From Verrucomicrobiia bacterium (lineage in GTDB: Bacteria; Verrucomicrobiota; Verrucomicrobiia; JADLBR01), in the NCBI GenBank assembly GCA_035387945.1, contig DAOOOX010000002.1, positions 139,282-203,281 on the forward strand: a DNA stretch of 64,000 bases, read 5' to 3'. Made by a program: the position numbers and the translations under genes. Numbering within the stretch: position 1 is the first letter of the stretch; every line of letters starts with the position of its first letter. The notes beneath the pieces are model-generated. The model worked only from the letters and a program-made list of their open reading frames with translations, was not told where the DNA came from and ran no database searches. Shown piece by piece: positions 27,193-37,167 of the stretch.

Positions 27193-28884
27193 TCACGCCC
27201 GGAATAATTCGCCCAGGCTGCGGCCCATGAGCCGCGACGCGGCGCAGAGCCCCGCCGCCAGCAACCCCATCGCCAGCACGCCCAGCGCGCACGCCACTGC
27301 CGCAGCCTCCGGTTGCGGCCGCCCGACCAGTTCGTAGATCCCTTTGGTTATCGGCGCGAACCGGAGTTCCATCGCGAGGATCAGGCTGTCGCTGACCTCG
27401 AGCATTGCAAACGAGAAGACCAATATCCCGCCGGCCACGAGATTTGCGGCTATGAGTGGAAGCGTGATCTTGATCAGCGTCTTCCGCGGGCTCGCCCCCA
27501 GGTTCATCGATGCCTCCTCAAACGATGGGGACAATTGTCGGAATCCGGCGTAGGCGGCACGCACGATGAATGGCAAACGTCGCACCGCATAGCTCACCAC
27601 CAGCAATAAAGTCGGGTTCGTCCTCGGATTCAGCCACGGCACGTCGACGTTGAAACTCACCAGATAACCAAACGCCAGCACCAGCCCGGGAAGCGCCAGC
27701 GGCATCATCACCACCGCGTCAAGCGCGACGCGCCCCGGAATGCGACCGCGCGCCAACAGCCATGCGATCGCCACGCCCAGCACCATGTCCAAACCCGCGC
27801 TGCACAACGAATAGACCAGCGAATTGCGCACGCTCGAAACCGTCAGCTCATCCCGGAAAACCTCGGCGTAGAACGCCCCCGTCAGCTCCGTGGGAAACGC
27901 GGTGAAAAACCACTTCCCGGCAATGGAATTCAGCGCCACCCCGGCGTGCGGCAGAAGCGCGACGCCGAGCAGGGCACAGACCGCTGCCGTGACCAGCCAG
28001 CCCCCCAACCCCCGCCACCGGGTCATTGCCACCGCCCCCCCCGCCCGCCCCGACATCTCGCAACTGCCCGCCTCTCCCCACGCTCGCCCCGCAAAAAACA
28101 GGACCATCACGGCCACCAGCGTCAGCATCACCAGCGCGCTCGCTACCGGGCTCGAGGATGCCTCCGACGACGCCAGGAAGATCTGCGTCGGAACCGTCGC
28201 ATTGCAATCGAATATCAGCGGCGTGCCCAGGTCCGTAAACGCGCTGACAAACACGATGCTGCAACCGGCAAACACCCCCGGGGCGAGCAGAGGCAAGGTC
28301 ACTGTGCGAAACGTCCGCCAGGGACCCGCGCCGAGGCCAGCGGCCGCCTCGCGAAGCGACGGATCCACGTTGGCGACCGCCGCCGAGAGCCCGAGATACA
28401 GGATCGGAAAAAGATGCAGCGCCTGCATCAGGATCACACCACCCAGACCGCCGTCCCCGAACCAATCGGGTGGATCCTTGAGAGATATCAGGCCCCATTC
28501 GCCCAACAGGAGGTTGATCGATCCGAAGCGCGCGAAAAAATGCTTGATCCCAATCGCGCCCACGAACGGCGGCAGAATGATCGGGGCAAGCAACGCCACC
28601 TCCAGAGGCCGCCGGCAAGGAAAATCGATCCGTCGGAAAAGCATCACGAGGGGCAGCGCGATGATCAGCGCCCCCGCCGTGGCTCCCAATCCGATCACGA
28701 GGCTGTTCGCAAAACACAGGCGATACAGCTCATTCGCAAATACCAACCGGAAGTACTCCAGCGTGAACACCACACCGTCGGACCCCTGCACCACAAAGGC
28801 GTCCCCCGCCACGCGGAATAACGGATACAGCAGAAAAATGGCCAGGAAGGCCCAGACGCCCACCAGCAGCAACCAGCGCTTCAT
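27193..28884 (-). CDS. ABC transporter permease, fused two-domain (FbpB/ThiP-type)
   Basis: Two tandem MetI-like permease domains, about 12 TM helices. Start taken at the internal M (MKRWLLLVGVW); the track ORF starts at 29001. No ATPase or binding-protein gene is adjacent. Confidence 0.7.
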   Translation of the reverse strand: MKRWLLLVGVWAFLAIFLLYPLFRVAGDAFVVQGSDGVVFTLEYFRLVFANELYRLCFANSLVIGLGATAGALIIALPLVMLFRRIDFPCRRPLEVALLAPIILPPFVGAIGIKHFFARFGSINLLLGEWGLISLKDPPDWFGDGGLGGVILMQALHLFPILYLGLSAAVANVDPSLREAAAGLGAGPWRTFRTVTLPLLAPGVFAGCSIVFVSAFTDLGTPLIFDCNATVPTQIFLASSEASSSPVASALVMLTLVAVMVLFFAGRAWGEAGSCEMSGRAGGAVAMTRWRGLGGWLVTAAVCALLGVALLPHAGVALNSIAGKWFFTAFPTELTGAFYAEVFRDELTVSSVRNSLVYSLCSAGLDMVLGVAIAWLLARGRIPGRVALDAVVMMPLALPGLVLAFGYLVSFNVDVPWLNPRTNPTLLLVVSYAVRRLPFIVRAAYAGFRQLSPSFEEASMNLGASPRKTLIKITLPLIAANLVAGGILVFSFAMLEVSDSLILAMELRFAPITKGIYELVGRPQPEAAAVACALGVLAMGLLAAGLCAASRLMGRSLGELFRA

Positions 28885-28980
28885 CCCCACGACGACGGCA
28901 AGGTTGCCCAGACTGCCCTTGATTGCATCCCAAAAACTCTCCTCTGCCCCCGTGCTGTCCGCAGCCCAGCTCGAGGATCC

Positions 28981-29052
28981 CCATAGCCGTGAGGCAGGCA
29001 ATCCTGCCCGCCGCCGCGTGCCTCGGCCGACGCCGCGGGCAGGAATCGGGCC
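28981..29052 (+). repeat. Palindromic extragenic repeat, family R2, copy b (divergent region between the permease and the GH2-like gene)
   Basis: CCATAGCCGTGAGGCAGGCAATCCTGCCCGCCGCCGCGTGCCTCGGCCGACGCCGCGGGCAGGAATCGGGCC. The same hairpin appears in the six-frame track as the recurring peptide AVRQAILPAAACLGRRRGQ in two unrelated ORFs. Confidence 0.7.
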
Positions 29053-29115
29053 CTGGGAACGTTTGGCCCGTCACACAGGCCATCGCATCGCCGCCCCTTG
29101 CGCGGCCCACGCTGA

Positions 29116-32100
29116 TTGTGCCATGCTGCCAAAGTCGTGAAAATACACCGTCCACCCACGCGGATTATCCAGACCCTTGTCCTCGGCCTCTCGATCGCCA
29201 TCGCCCCCGTGGCCCACGCCACACCCTCAGCCACCAACCTAGTTCGCCACGGCTCCTTTGATCAGGGCCCCGCGGGATGGGCCGCGGATGCCACGAGGCT
29301 GCGTGGCGGCATCACCTTCCCCACCGAAGGAACCAACCGCTGGGCGGTACTCGAGGCGCCCGCCACCTCCCTCTCCCAAAGGATCCACCTTGACCCCGAT
29401 TGGCTCTCGCTCCGGGTTTCCGCGCGCATGCGCGTCACCGGCGTCACCGTCGGAAAAGAATCCTACCAGGACGCCCGCCTCGCCATGGATTTCAAAGACG
29501 CCGACGGAAAACACATGAGCCCATGGCCCAAAGTCTTCCACGCCACGGGCACCAGCGAATGGGTGTCCCACGAGCGCATCTTCAAAATCCCTCAGGGCGC
29601 CGCAACCCTCGACATCAACCCCGCGATATTCGGCCCCTCCGGAAAGGTCGAGTTTGCCGACATCTCGGTCACGATCGCTCGGTCCAAAGGCATGCCCATC
29701 GCCGATGCACCCTTGCCCGATGGGGCGCCCGACACGGACGATCTCTCCCGCGCCTGGTCCCGCTCCTCAGCCACGCGCGCCGAGATCTGTCTCAACGGCC
29801 TCTGGCGATTCCTGCCGCCCGGCACCGGCCCCACCAACTCACCCCCCACGCCCCGCAACGGTTGGGGCTGGCTGAAAGTGCCCGGCGTATGGCCCGCCTC
29901 CGACAGATCGGCGCAGATCGCCATCCTCCCCGAAGACCCCGACGCCGAATCCCCCCACGGCCTCACGCGGGCCTGGTACCGCCGTTCGATCACGATCCCC
30001 GCCGATTGGTCCGGCCGCCGCATCCACCTGGACCTCCGGATGGTCCAAACGCATGCCCGCATCTGGATCGACGCCAAACCAGCGGGAGAGATCTTCTTCC
30101 CCGGTGGACGCGCCGACATCACCGCCGCCGTCAAGCCCGGCGCGCGCCACGACCTCGCGCTCCTCGTCACGGCCAGCCCGCTCGAGCCCGAGTCGAATGT
30201 CTTCATGGCACCCGAGCGCATCATAAAGTCAAAGGCGGTTGTCAAATTGAAAGGCCTCACCGGCGACGTGATGCTGGTCTCGGGGCCGCCCTCCGACGCG
30301 ATCGCGGATGTCCAGGTCCGCACTTCCGTCCGCGACGGCAACATCACCATCGACACCGGCCTCATCGGCCCTGGCGCTGGCAAACGCACCCTCACCGCCG
30401 AGATCCTCGAGGCCGGCCAAACCGTAAAAACTTTCCGGAGCGCCCCTTTCGATGCCACGGCACTCAAGGATGGCCGCCGCGCTTTCTCCTCACCCTGGCC
30501 CGACGCAAAACACTGGGACACCGATTCGCCAAAGAACCTCTACGAGGCAGTCGTCACGCTCGCCGATGAACGCGGCCATGTCCTCGATCGGTCCCTCCCC
30601 GTCCGCTTCGGTTTCCGCGAGTTCACCATCGACGGGCGCAACTTTCTCCTCAACGGGAAACTCATCCACCTCCGCGCGCTCCACAGCAGCAATATCAACG
30701 GCGGCGCCGACGTCGCCTCGATCGAGGGCTGTCGCAACACCTGCCGCCGCCTCGCGCAGCACGGCTTCAATTTCCTGATCACCGGCAACTACAACTTCAG
30801 CCCGGGCGAGGTCTCGTACATGGATGCCCTTTTCGACGCGTGCGACGAATCGGGCATCCTCGCCGCTTTCTCCCTCCCGCACGTAAAAGATTTCGGTTGG
30901 AGACTCGACACCCCCGAGCAGTCGTCGCGCTACCGCGCCCTGTGCGAATGGCTCATCCGTCGGGAGCAGCACCATCCCTCCATCATCCTCTATTCGATGA
31001 ACCACAACGCCACCGGCTATTACGGGGACCAGAACCCACTCCGCATGGACGGCGTGTACGAGCCCAACTTCCCACCCAGGCCCTCCTCGGATCCCAAGGC
31101 CCCACCCAAGCCCGATTCCCGCGCGAGAAATCGCGCGCAGGCGCAGCTCGCGGCCGATATCGCGAAATCCCTCGATCCCACACGCCCCGTCTACCACCAC
31201 CAGTCCGGGAATCTCGGCGACCTCTACACCGTGAACATCTACCTGAACTGGGCCCCGCTCCAGGAGCGCAGCGACTGGCTCGAGCATTGGTCCACCAACG
31301 GCAAAAAGCCCATGTTTTTCGTCGAATGGGGCCTGCCCCATATCTCAAGCTGGTCCTCCTTCCGTGGCCCGCTGTTCATCTGGCGCAACCCCGCGTTCCA
31401 GCAGATCTGGGACAGCGAATTCGCCGCGGCCTATCTTGGCGAACGTGCCTATGAAATGACCGAGACGAAGATCGCATCCATGAAATTAGAGGAGGAGCTC
31501 TGGGCAAAGGGCGAGCCCTTCTATTGGTCCAACCTCATACGCCACCTCAAGTCGCAAGATGAGAATTACACGGAGATCCAGGCGCTCTTCGCCTCAGATA
31601 ACTGGCGCTCTCATCGCACCTGGGGCATCTCCGCCATGCTGCCGTGGGACCAGGAAAACCTCTGGCGCGAAACGCCCGCATTCCCCAGTGCCCCCACGCT
31701 CGCCCCCGAACGCTGGCAGAACCTCCAGTCCCCCGGCATCGTCCCCGATCAGTTGCCGCCGCCATCTCAGTTCATCTACTGCCGCGATGATCGGGCGATG
31801 CGGACCTCCGCACTGGGCGACGAATTCCTCCGATGGAACATGCCCCTCTGCGCTTTCATCGGCGGCGGCCCCGAACGCTTAACCGAGAAATCCCACGTCT
31901 TCCGCCCCGGCGAAACAATCCACAAACAGCTCGTGATGCTCAACGACTCGCGCCGCGAGACCACCTGCCGCTACAACTGGTCGCTGGCGCCCACGGACCT
32001 GAAAGGCAGGGGCGAAGTTCAAATCCCCCCAGGCGACAAGGCCCTCGTTCCTCTCGAAATCACACTGCCCGAAGGACTCACCGAAGTCGGGGCAAGGCTC

Positions 32101-33507
32101 GAGGCCACTTTTGAGTTCGGTGATGGCAAGTTCCAGCACGACAGCCTGCCGATTCAAATCCGGGCCCAGGCCCCCGCCCCAATACCGAAGTCCCGCCTCG
32201 TGCTCTGGGACCCTAAAGGTCTCACTGCCCCGCTCCTGCGGCGCCTGGGCGCGGAATTCACCCCGCCCTCGTCAGCGTCCCACCCTGCAGAGACCGACGT
32301 CTTGGTTATCGGTCGCCAGTCCCTCGCGGTCGACGGGCCGGGCCCCGACCTTTCGCGCGTCCGCGACGGCCTCAGAGTCCTGGTGCTCGAACAGGACCCA
32401 GATGTCCTAGAGCACCGTTTCGGATTCCGCACCAACATTCACGGCTTGCGACAGGCGTTCCCTCGCGCGCCAACGCACCCCGCGCTATCCGGCATCGGCG
32501 CCGAACTCCTCCGCGACTGGCGCGGCGCGGCAACACTCGTCCCGCCCCACCTCGACATCACCGGCCCGGAGACCTCCGACCCGAAGTGGCTGTGGTGCGG
32601 CTTCGAGAACACACGCGTCTGGCGCTGCGGCAACCATGGCTCCGTCGCGACCGTCCTCATTGAGAAACCCGAACGCGGCGACTGGCTACCCATCGTCGAC
32701 GGCGGCTTCGACCTTCAGTACACGCCGCTGCTCGAATGCACCCACGGCAAGGGCCGCATCATCTTCTGCCAGCTCGATGTCACCACCCGGACCAAGGAGG
32801 AACCCGCGGCAATGGCCCTCTGCGCGAATCTCCTGCGATACCTTGGCACCGCCCCACCCGCGACCGCGCGGCCCGTGATCTACAGCGGAAATGTCGAGGC
32901 CCTCGATCTTCTGAAACGCCTCGGGCACGCGCCGGGCCCCTATGATGCCGCGAACGCCACATCGGCAACCCTGCTCGTGCTGGGCCCCGGCCACCAGGCA
33001 CGCAACCTCGACTCAGCCGTCAATGCCGGCGCCAACGTCTTCTGCCTCGGCCTATCTCCCTCCGAACTCGATCGGGCATTCGCGCAACGGATCGAGACAA
33101 AGGAGGGGCCCACCATCTCTCGGCCAATCAAATATTCAAGTCCCGCGACCGCAGGCATCGCCAGCGCCGACCTCCACTGGCGCACCGGGCCCTCGATCGC
33201 CGCGCTGCCAACAGATACCCCATCAGGACCCGCCCTCGCCGTTCTCCCCCGCGGCAAGGGCCAAATCGTCCTCTGCCAAGCCGCCCCATGGATGTTCGAT
33301 TACGAGAAGAAGCCCTACCTCCGCACGACGTACCGTCGCAACGTCTTCCTCGTCTCGCGCCTGCTCGCCAACCTCGGCGCACGCGCCGATTGCCCCATCC
33401 TCGATCGCTTCGCCCAGCCCCCGAAATCGGAAAAACCCTGGCTCGGCGCCCTGTACCTCCAGGACCCCATCGCCGATGATGACCCGTATCGCTATTACCG
33501 CTGGTGA
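29116..33507 (+). CDS. Very large secreted glycoside-hydrolase-like protein (GH2/beta-galactosidase-like TIM-barrel region plus N-terminal galactose-binding-like domain)
   Basis: The TTG at about 29116 is the track start. A more plausible GTG about 21 nt downstream gives signal peptide MKIHRPPTRIIQTLVLGLSIAIAPVAHA. A GH2-like segment is present (RFGFREFTIDGRNFLLNGK). Where GH2 has WSLGNE the sequence reads ILYSMNHNATG, so the catalytic acid assignment is uncertain. Confidence 0.4.
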   Translation: MCHAAKVVKIHRPPTRIIQTLVLGLSIAIAPVAHATPSATNLVRHGSFDQGPAGWAADATRLRGGITFPTEGTNRWAVLEAPATSLSQRIHLDPDWLSLRVSARMRVTGVTVGKESYQDARLAMDFKDADGKHMSPWPKVFHATGTSEWVSHERIFKIPQGAATLDINPAIFGPSGKVEFADISVTIARSKGMPIADAPLPDGAPDTDDLSRAWSRSSATRAEICLNGLWRFLPPGTGPTNSPPTPRNGWGWLKVPGVWPASDRSAQIAILPEDPDAESPHGLTRAWYRRSITIPADWSGRRIHLDLRMVQTHARIWIDAKPAGEIFFPGGRADITAAVKPGARHDLALLVTASPLEPESNVFMAPERIIKSKAVVKLKGLTGDVMLVSGPPSDAIADVQVRTSVRDGNITIDTGLIGPGAGKRTLTAEILEAGQTVKTFRSAPFDATALKDGRRAFSSPWPDAKHWDTDSPKNLYEAVVTLADERGHVLDRSLPVRFGFREFTIDGRNFLLNGKLIHLRALHSSNINGGADVASIEGCRNTCRRLAQHGFNFLITGNYNFSPGEVSYMDALFDACDESGILAAFSLPHVKDFGWRLDTPEQSSRYRALCEWLIRREQHHPSIILYSMNHNATGYYGDQNPLRMDGVYEPNFPPRPSSDPKAPPKPDSRARNRAQAQLAADIAKSLDPTRPVYHHQSGNLGDLYTVNIYLNWAPLQERSDWLEHWSTNGKKPMFFVEWGLPHISSWSSFRGPLFIWRNPAFQQIWDSEFAAAYLGERAYEMTETKIASMKLEEELWAKGEPFYWSNLIRHLKSQDENYTEIQALFASDNWRSHRTWGISAMLPWDQENLWRETPAFPSAPTLAPERWQNLQSPGIVPDQLPPPSQFIYCRDDRAMRTSALGDEFLRWNMPLCAFIGGGPERLTEKSHVFRPGETIHKQLVMLNDSRRETTCRYNWSLAPTDLKGRGEVQIPPGDKALVPLEITLPEGLTEVGARLEATFEFGDGKFQHDSLPIQIRAQAPAPIPKSRLVLWDPKGLTAPLLRRLGAEFTPPSSASHPAETDVLVIGRQSLAVDGPGPDLSRVRDGLRVLVLEQDPDVLEHRFGFRTNIHGLRQAFPRAPTHPALSGIGAELLRDWRGAATLVPPHLDITGPETSDPKWLWCGFENTRVWRCGNHGSVATVLIEKPERGDWLPIVDGGFDLQYTPLLECTHGKGRIIFCQLDVTTRTKEEPAAMALCANLLRYLGTAPPATARPVIYSGNVEALDLLKRLGHAPGPYDAANATSATLLVLGPGHQARNLDSAVNAGANVFCLGLSPSELDRAFAQRIETKEGPTISRPIKYSSPATAGIASADLHWRTGPSIAALPTDTPSGPALAVLPRGKGQIVLCQAAPWMFDYEKKPYLRTTYRRNVFLVSRLLANLGARADCPILDRFAQPPKSEKPWLGALYLQDPIADDDPYRYYRW

Positions 33508-33592
33508 AAACCGTTTTTCTGCCTTTCCCTGCACACCCCCAGCGCGCTAGCTTTTCACCCGTCTCATCAAAACCAGAATAAGGAGCATTACC

Positions 33593-34600
33593 ATGGCACG
33601 TCCCGTCACCCTTTTCACCGGCCAGTGGGCCGACCTCCCCATCGCCACCCTCGCCAAAAAGGCCAAAGCCTTCGGCTATGACGGTCTCGAACTCGCGTGC
33701 TGGGGCGACCACTTCGACGTCGCCCAAGGCGCCAAGGGCAAGGCGTACTGCGACGCAAAGCACGAGCTGCTCGCCAAACACGGCCTCAAGACATGGGCCA
33801 TCTCCAACCACCTCGTCGGCCAGGCTGTCTGCGACAACATCGACGAGCGCCACAAACCCCTCCTCCCCCCCCATGTCTGGGGCGATGGCAAACCCGAAGA
33901 TGTCCGCAAGCGCGCCGCCGAAGAGATGATGAAGACTGCCCACGCCGCCAAAAACCTCGGCGTCAAGGTCGTCAACGGCTTCACCGGCTCCAAGATCTGG
34001 CACTTCCTCTACAGCTTCCCGCCCGTCAGCGCGGCCCAGATCGATGACGGTTTCGAGGACTTCGCCAAGCGCTGGAACCCCATCCTCGACGAGTTCAAGA
34101 AATGCGGCGTCAAGTTCGCCCTCGAGGTGCATCCCACGGAGATCGCCTTCGACGTCGCCAGCGCCGAGCGCGCCGTCGCCGCCGTCAAAGGCCGGCCCGA
34201 ATTCGGTTTCAACTATGACCCCTCGCACCTCGGATATCAGGGCGTCGATTACATCGCCTTTATCCGCAAGTTAGGCAACCGCATCTACCACGTCCACATG
34301 AAGGACGTGTACTGGTCGCCCGTGCCCACGGAAGCTGGCGTCTTCGGCGGCCACACCAACTTCGGTGACGTGCGCCGCTTCTGGGACTTCCGCTCCCTCG
34401 GCCGCGGATGCGTCAAATTCGAGGAGATCATCCGCACCCTGAACCGCGTCGGCTACGATGGCCCGCTATCCGTGGAGTGGGAGGATAGCGGCATGGATCG
34501 CGAGCACGGGGCCGCAGAGGCCGCCGCGTTCGTCAAGCGCGTTGACTTCCCCCCGAGCAAAATCGCGTTCGACTCCGCCTTCGATAAAGAAAACCAGTAG
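33593..34600 (+). CDS. Sugar phosphate isomerase/epimerase (xylose-isomerase-like TIM barrel)
   Basis: N-terminus matches the AP-endonuclease-2/xylose-isomerase-like fold ([24 protein letters not shown]...FALEVHPTE). A strong SD (TAAGGAG) lies 8 nt upstream of the ATG. Confidence 0.8.
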   Translation: MARPVTLFTGQWADLPIATLAKKAKAFGYDGLELACWGDHFDVAQGAKGKAYCDAKHELLAKHGLKTWAISNHLVGQAVCDNIDERHKPLLPPHVWGDGKPEDVRKRAAEEMMKTAHAAKNLGVKVVNGFTGSKIWHFLYSFPPVSAAQIDDGFEDFAKRWNPILDEFKKCGVKFALEVHPTEIAFDVASAERAVAAVKGRPEFGFNYDPSHLGYQGVDYIAFIRKLGNRIYHVHMKDVYWSPVPTEAGVFGGHTNFGDVRRFWDFRSLGRGCVKFEEIIRTLNRVGYDGPLSVEWEDSGMDREHGAAEAAAFVKRVDFPPSKIAFDSAFDKENQ

Positions 34601-34773
34601 CCGATCAGGCGCGCGACGCCGACTCGAAAATTGCGAATCTTGTAGGCCGTCTCTGCGAGACGGCAGCGGCGGATAGGGTGGCGTCTGACACAGACGCCCT
34701 GCAACCCGATTTTCTGCCCCGGTGGTGCCCGCCCGGCGGGGCATGGAATGACTCGAAGACTCCAGGCGCAGGG

Positions 34774-34827
34774 ATAGTAGGAGCCTGCTTGCAGGCGATT
34801 GGAATCGCGCGCAAGCGCGCTCCTACG
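34774..34827 (+). repeat. Palindromic extragenic repeat, family R1, copy b
   Basis: About 90% identical to copy a. It is embedded in a 230-bp intergenic cluster of further hairpins (GGCCGTCTCTGCGAGACGGC, GGCGTCTGACACAGACGCC, GCCCGCCCGGCGGGGC), a REP/BIME-like organisation. Confidence 0.7.
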
Positions 34828-34835
34828 TTCCATCT

Positions 34836-35636
34836 TTATCGGACACGCCCTTGCCCGCGCCACAGCCACCACACCGCCGCAAGCGCCAATAGCACGCACG
34901 CCGTGCCCACCACCTCGTGCATGGCATGATAGTGCCGTTGCCCCGCCCATCCCGAAAGCATGCATATGATCACGATTCGTGCGATGTTCCCAAAAAGTCC
35001 AAGCGCCACCGACGCGCCGCCCTTCGCCACCCGCCGCCACCAGGCTTCCCGCGACGCCCCCGCCAATAACAGGGCCAGCAGACTGCTGCTGCTCAGAAGC
35101 CCAAAGCCATTGCATTCCGCGGCCACCTCAAACACCCGATCCCCCATCACGAGCATCAGGCTCGGCTCAGGCCGCAGCACGACGAATAATTGCACCTGCC
35201 TCCCCAGCATCTCCAGCAGCCAAGCCCCCATGCGGCCCGAAGTAATCCGGAGCGGCCAGTCGAAGAACGGCATGGCCACCACGAAGAACAGATAGAGTCC
35301 AAACACCAGCACCACCCATCGGCTCGCGCGCCTCGCGCGATCCCCAAAAACAAACCGCGCCGCGGCCCCGATCGCAGCGCAAAGCGCCGCCAGCACCAGC
35401 AGCGGCCACCTCAGCCATATCGCCAAACCCACCAGCGCATACGAGGCCACCAGCCCGCGCACCACGGCGGGCCCAAAACGCCAGACCGGACGAAAACCAC
35501 CCCCCTCCAGTGCCAGCAGAATCCCCGCAAATCCAAATATCGCAAAGGCCTGAAGAAGTTGCTGCTGGTCCAACGTCACGCTCAACAACCACCGCAGCGC
35601 CGGCCAGAATATGACAAGCGTGATCCCCCACAGCAT
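34836..35636 (-). CDS. Exosortase (EpsH/XrtA family)
   Basis: Polytopic membrane protein with the conserved exosortase Cys motif (FEVAAECNGFG) and Asn/Arg motif (FGNIARIV). ATG 35636 verified (MLWGITLVIFWPALRWL); the track ORF starts upstream at 35792. Confidence 0.6.
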   Translation of the reverse strand: MLWGITLVIFWPALRWLLSVTLDQQQLLQAFAIFGFAGILLALEGGGFRPVWRFGPAVVRGLVASYALVGLAIWLRWPLLVLAALCAAIGAAARFVFGDRARRASRWVVLVFGLYLFFVVAMPFFDWPLRITSGRMGAWLLEMLGRQVQLFVVLRPEPSLMLVMGDRVFEVAAECNGFGLLSSSSLLALLLAGASREAWWRRVAKGGASVALGLFGNIARIVIICMLSGWAGQRHYHAMHEVVGTACVLLALAAVWWLWRGQGRVR

Positions 35637-35884
35637 GGCCGCCGCCCAGCCGCCGCGAACGTCAATCCTCGGAGCCTGCCGCGCCCCCGCCGCCACATTC
35701 CCCGCGGAAAATTGCCTTTCTCTCTTGATGACCAAAAAATTACCAGAGGAACGAGAAGTTGCGACACGGCCAAACGGCAGGGCCCGAAACATCCCAACTC
35801 AAAACTTCATCGATCTCATCCAGATCCGCTTCTGCCAGCGGGACCGTGCCCACGGTCCGAAAACCTCTGAACGGAAGCATGGAA

Positions 35885-36613
35885 TCACGCGCGCCATGCG
35901 CCCAACTCGATCATCGCCGCCTCGGCCAACTTCGCCCACCCGCGATTCGCCGCGGGATTTGCCGGGCTCGGATGCGGGATTCGCCCCACGTCCAAGTCGA
36001 GCCCCGTGGCCTCCCGCACGGCCAGCGCGCGGGCCTGTGCAAACGCGCCCACGCCAATCACCCACTCGGCCCCCACCGCGCGCACCAGTTGCGCCAGATG
36101 GCGGTCGCAGGCTTCCCACAGAGGCGCGGTCTCGGACGCGCGAAGTTTGTCGGGCGTCAGGTTCTTGCCCGATGCCTCCATGAAAACCAGCGGACAATAG
36201 TTCGCAACGAAATGGTCCGCGAAAAATGCTTCCGCCGCACCAAACCTCGAGCGGAATAATCCCCATAGCCGTGCGCCACTTACCTCGCTCCGGCGACACG
36301 CAAACCCCTCGATCGGCCGAGCCGGATGCTCCGCGGAGGGTCTGCCCACGGGCTCGCACACCCCCACCCAATCCCGCACCGCCGCCACCTCGCCAAACGG
36401 CACGCCCGTCTGCGCCATCCCCCACGGACCGGGATTCATGCCCAGGAAAATGATCCGCTTCGGTGATGCTCCCCAACGCCGCAAATACGCCTCGTGTGGC
36501 CGCCACGCATAATCCAACGGATTGTACACGCACGCGACCGGCTGGCCGAACCGGAGGCCGCCCACCTCTTTTCGGAGCCGCGCCGCCACCGCCACAAGCC
36601 CACCCGCATCCAT
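35885..36613 (-). CDS. SMUG1-family single-strand-selective uracil-DNA glycosylase
   Basis: Motif GMNPGPWGMAQTGVPFG matches the SMUG1 active-site motif, and the C-terminus has the HPSP motif. ATG 36613 verified, 7 nt downstream of the hycG-like stop. Confidence 0.8.
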   Translation of the reverse strand: MDAGGLVAVAARLRKEVGGLRFGQPVACVYNPLDYAWRPHEAYLRRWGASPKRIIFLGMNPGPWGMAQTGVPFGEVAAVRDWVGVCEPVGRPSAEHPARPIEGFACRRSEVSGARLWGLFRSRFGAAEAFFADHFVANYCPLVFMEASGKNLTPDKLRASETAPLWEACDRHLAQLVRAVGAEWVIGVGAFAQARALAVREATGLDLDVGRIPHPSPANPAANRGWAKLAEAAMIELGAWRA

Positions 36614-36620
36614 GCGATCC

Positions 36621-37157
36621 CTAAACCTGATCAAGCTTCTCGTAAACCACAAGCTCCCCCTCGTTCTTCAACTGGCTGGGGTGATATCGCGGGATCGTCA
36701 GCTCGGTCTGTTTGAACTGAACGGGCGCGGTCTTCTTGTCCACCAGCCCAACGGCCACCGCAACACCGTAGATGATGGCCTCCGGCCTCGGCGGACACCC
36801 GGGAATGTAGTAGTTGACGGGAACGATCTTCTCAACTGGCCCGATCACGCTGTAGGAATCGTGCCAGATCCCACCCCCGCACGCGCAGGAGCCAATCGCA
36901 AATACCAGCTTGGGCGCCGGCATCGCGTCGTAGGCCCGCCGCAGGGCCTTGGCCGTGCTCCGCATCGCCGGCCCCTGGCACAGCATGACATCCGCGTGCC
37001 GAGGCGATCCCACCAGTTTGATGCCAAAGCGCTCCACGTCGTAGTACGGCGTGAGGACGTTCAGCACCTCGATGTCGCAACCGTTGCACCCCCCGCTGTT
37101 CGCGTGATAGACCCACAGCGAGCGGCCAAACATCTTCTTGCACAGCTCTCTCAGCAT
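36621..37157 (-). CDS. Group-4 [NiFe]-hydrogenase small subunit (HycG/NuoB-like)
   Basis: NuoB-family proximal-cluster cysteines (GGCNGCDIE...GSCACGGG...GCPP). ATG 37157 verified; the track ORF extends to 37262. Confidence 0.8.
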   Translation of the reverse strand: MLRELCKKMFGRSLWVYHANSGGCNGCDIEVLNVLTPYYDVERFGIKLVGSPRHADVMLCQGPAMRSTAKALRRAYDAMPAPKLVFAIGSCACGGGIWHDSYSVIGPVEKIVPVNYYIPGCPPRPEAIIYGVAVAVGLVDKKTAPVQFKQTELTIPRYHPSQLKNEGELVVYEKLDQV

Positions 37158-37167
37158 CGGCGCCACC

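Noticed and set aside
36226-36270. A 15-nt exact match (ATCCCCATAGCCGTG) between the SMUG1 coding region and the R2 repeat flank at 28976.
   Set aside because: The match lies inside a coding region, has no accompanying hairpin, and a 15-mer coincidence is expected by chance in a 64-kb GC-rich window.
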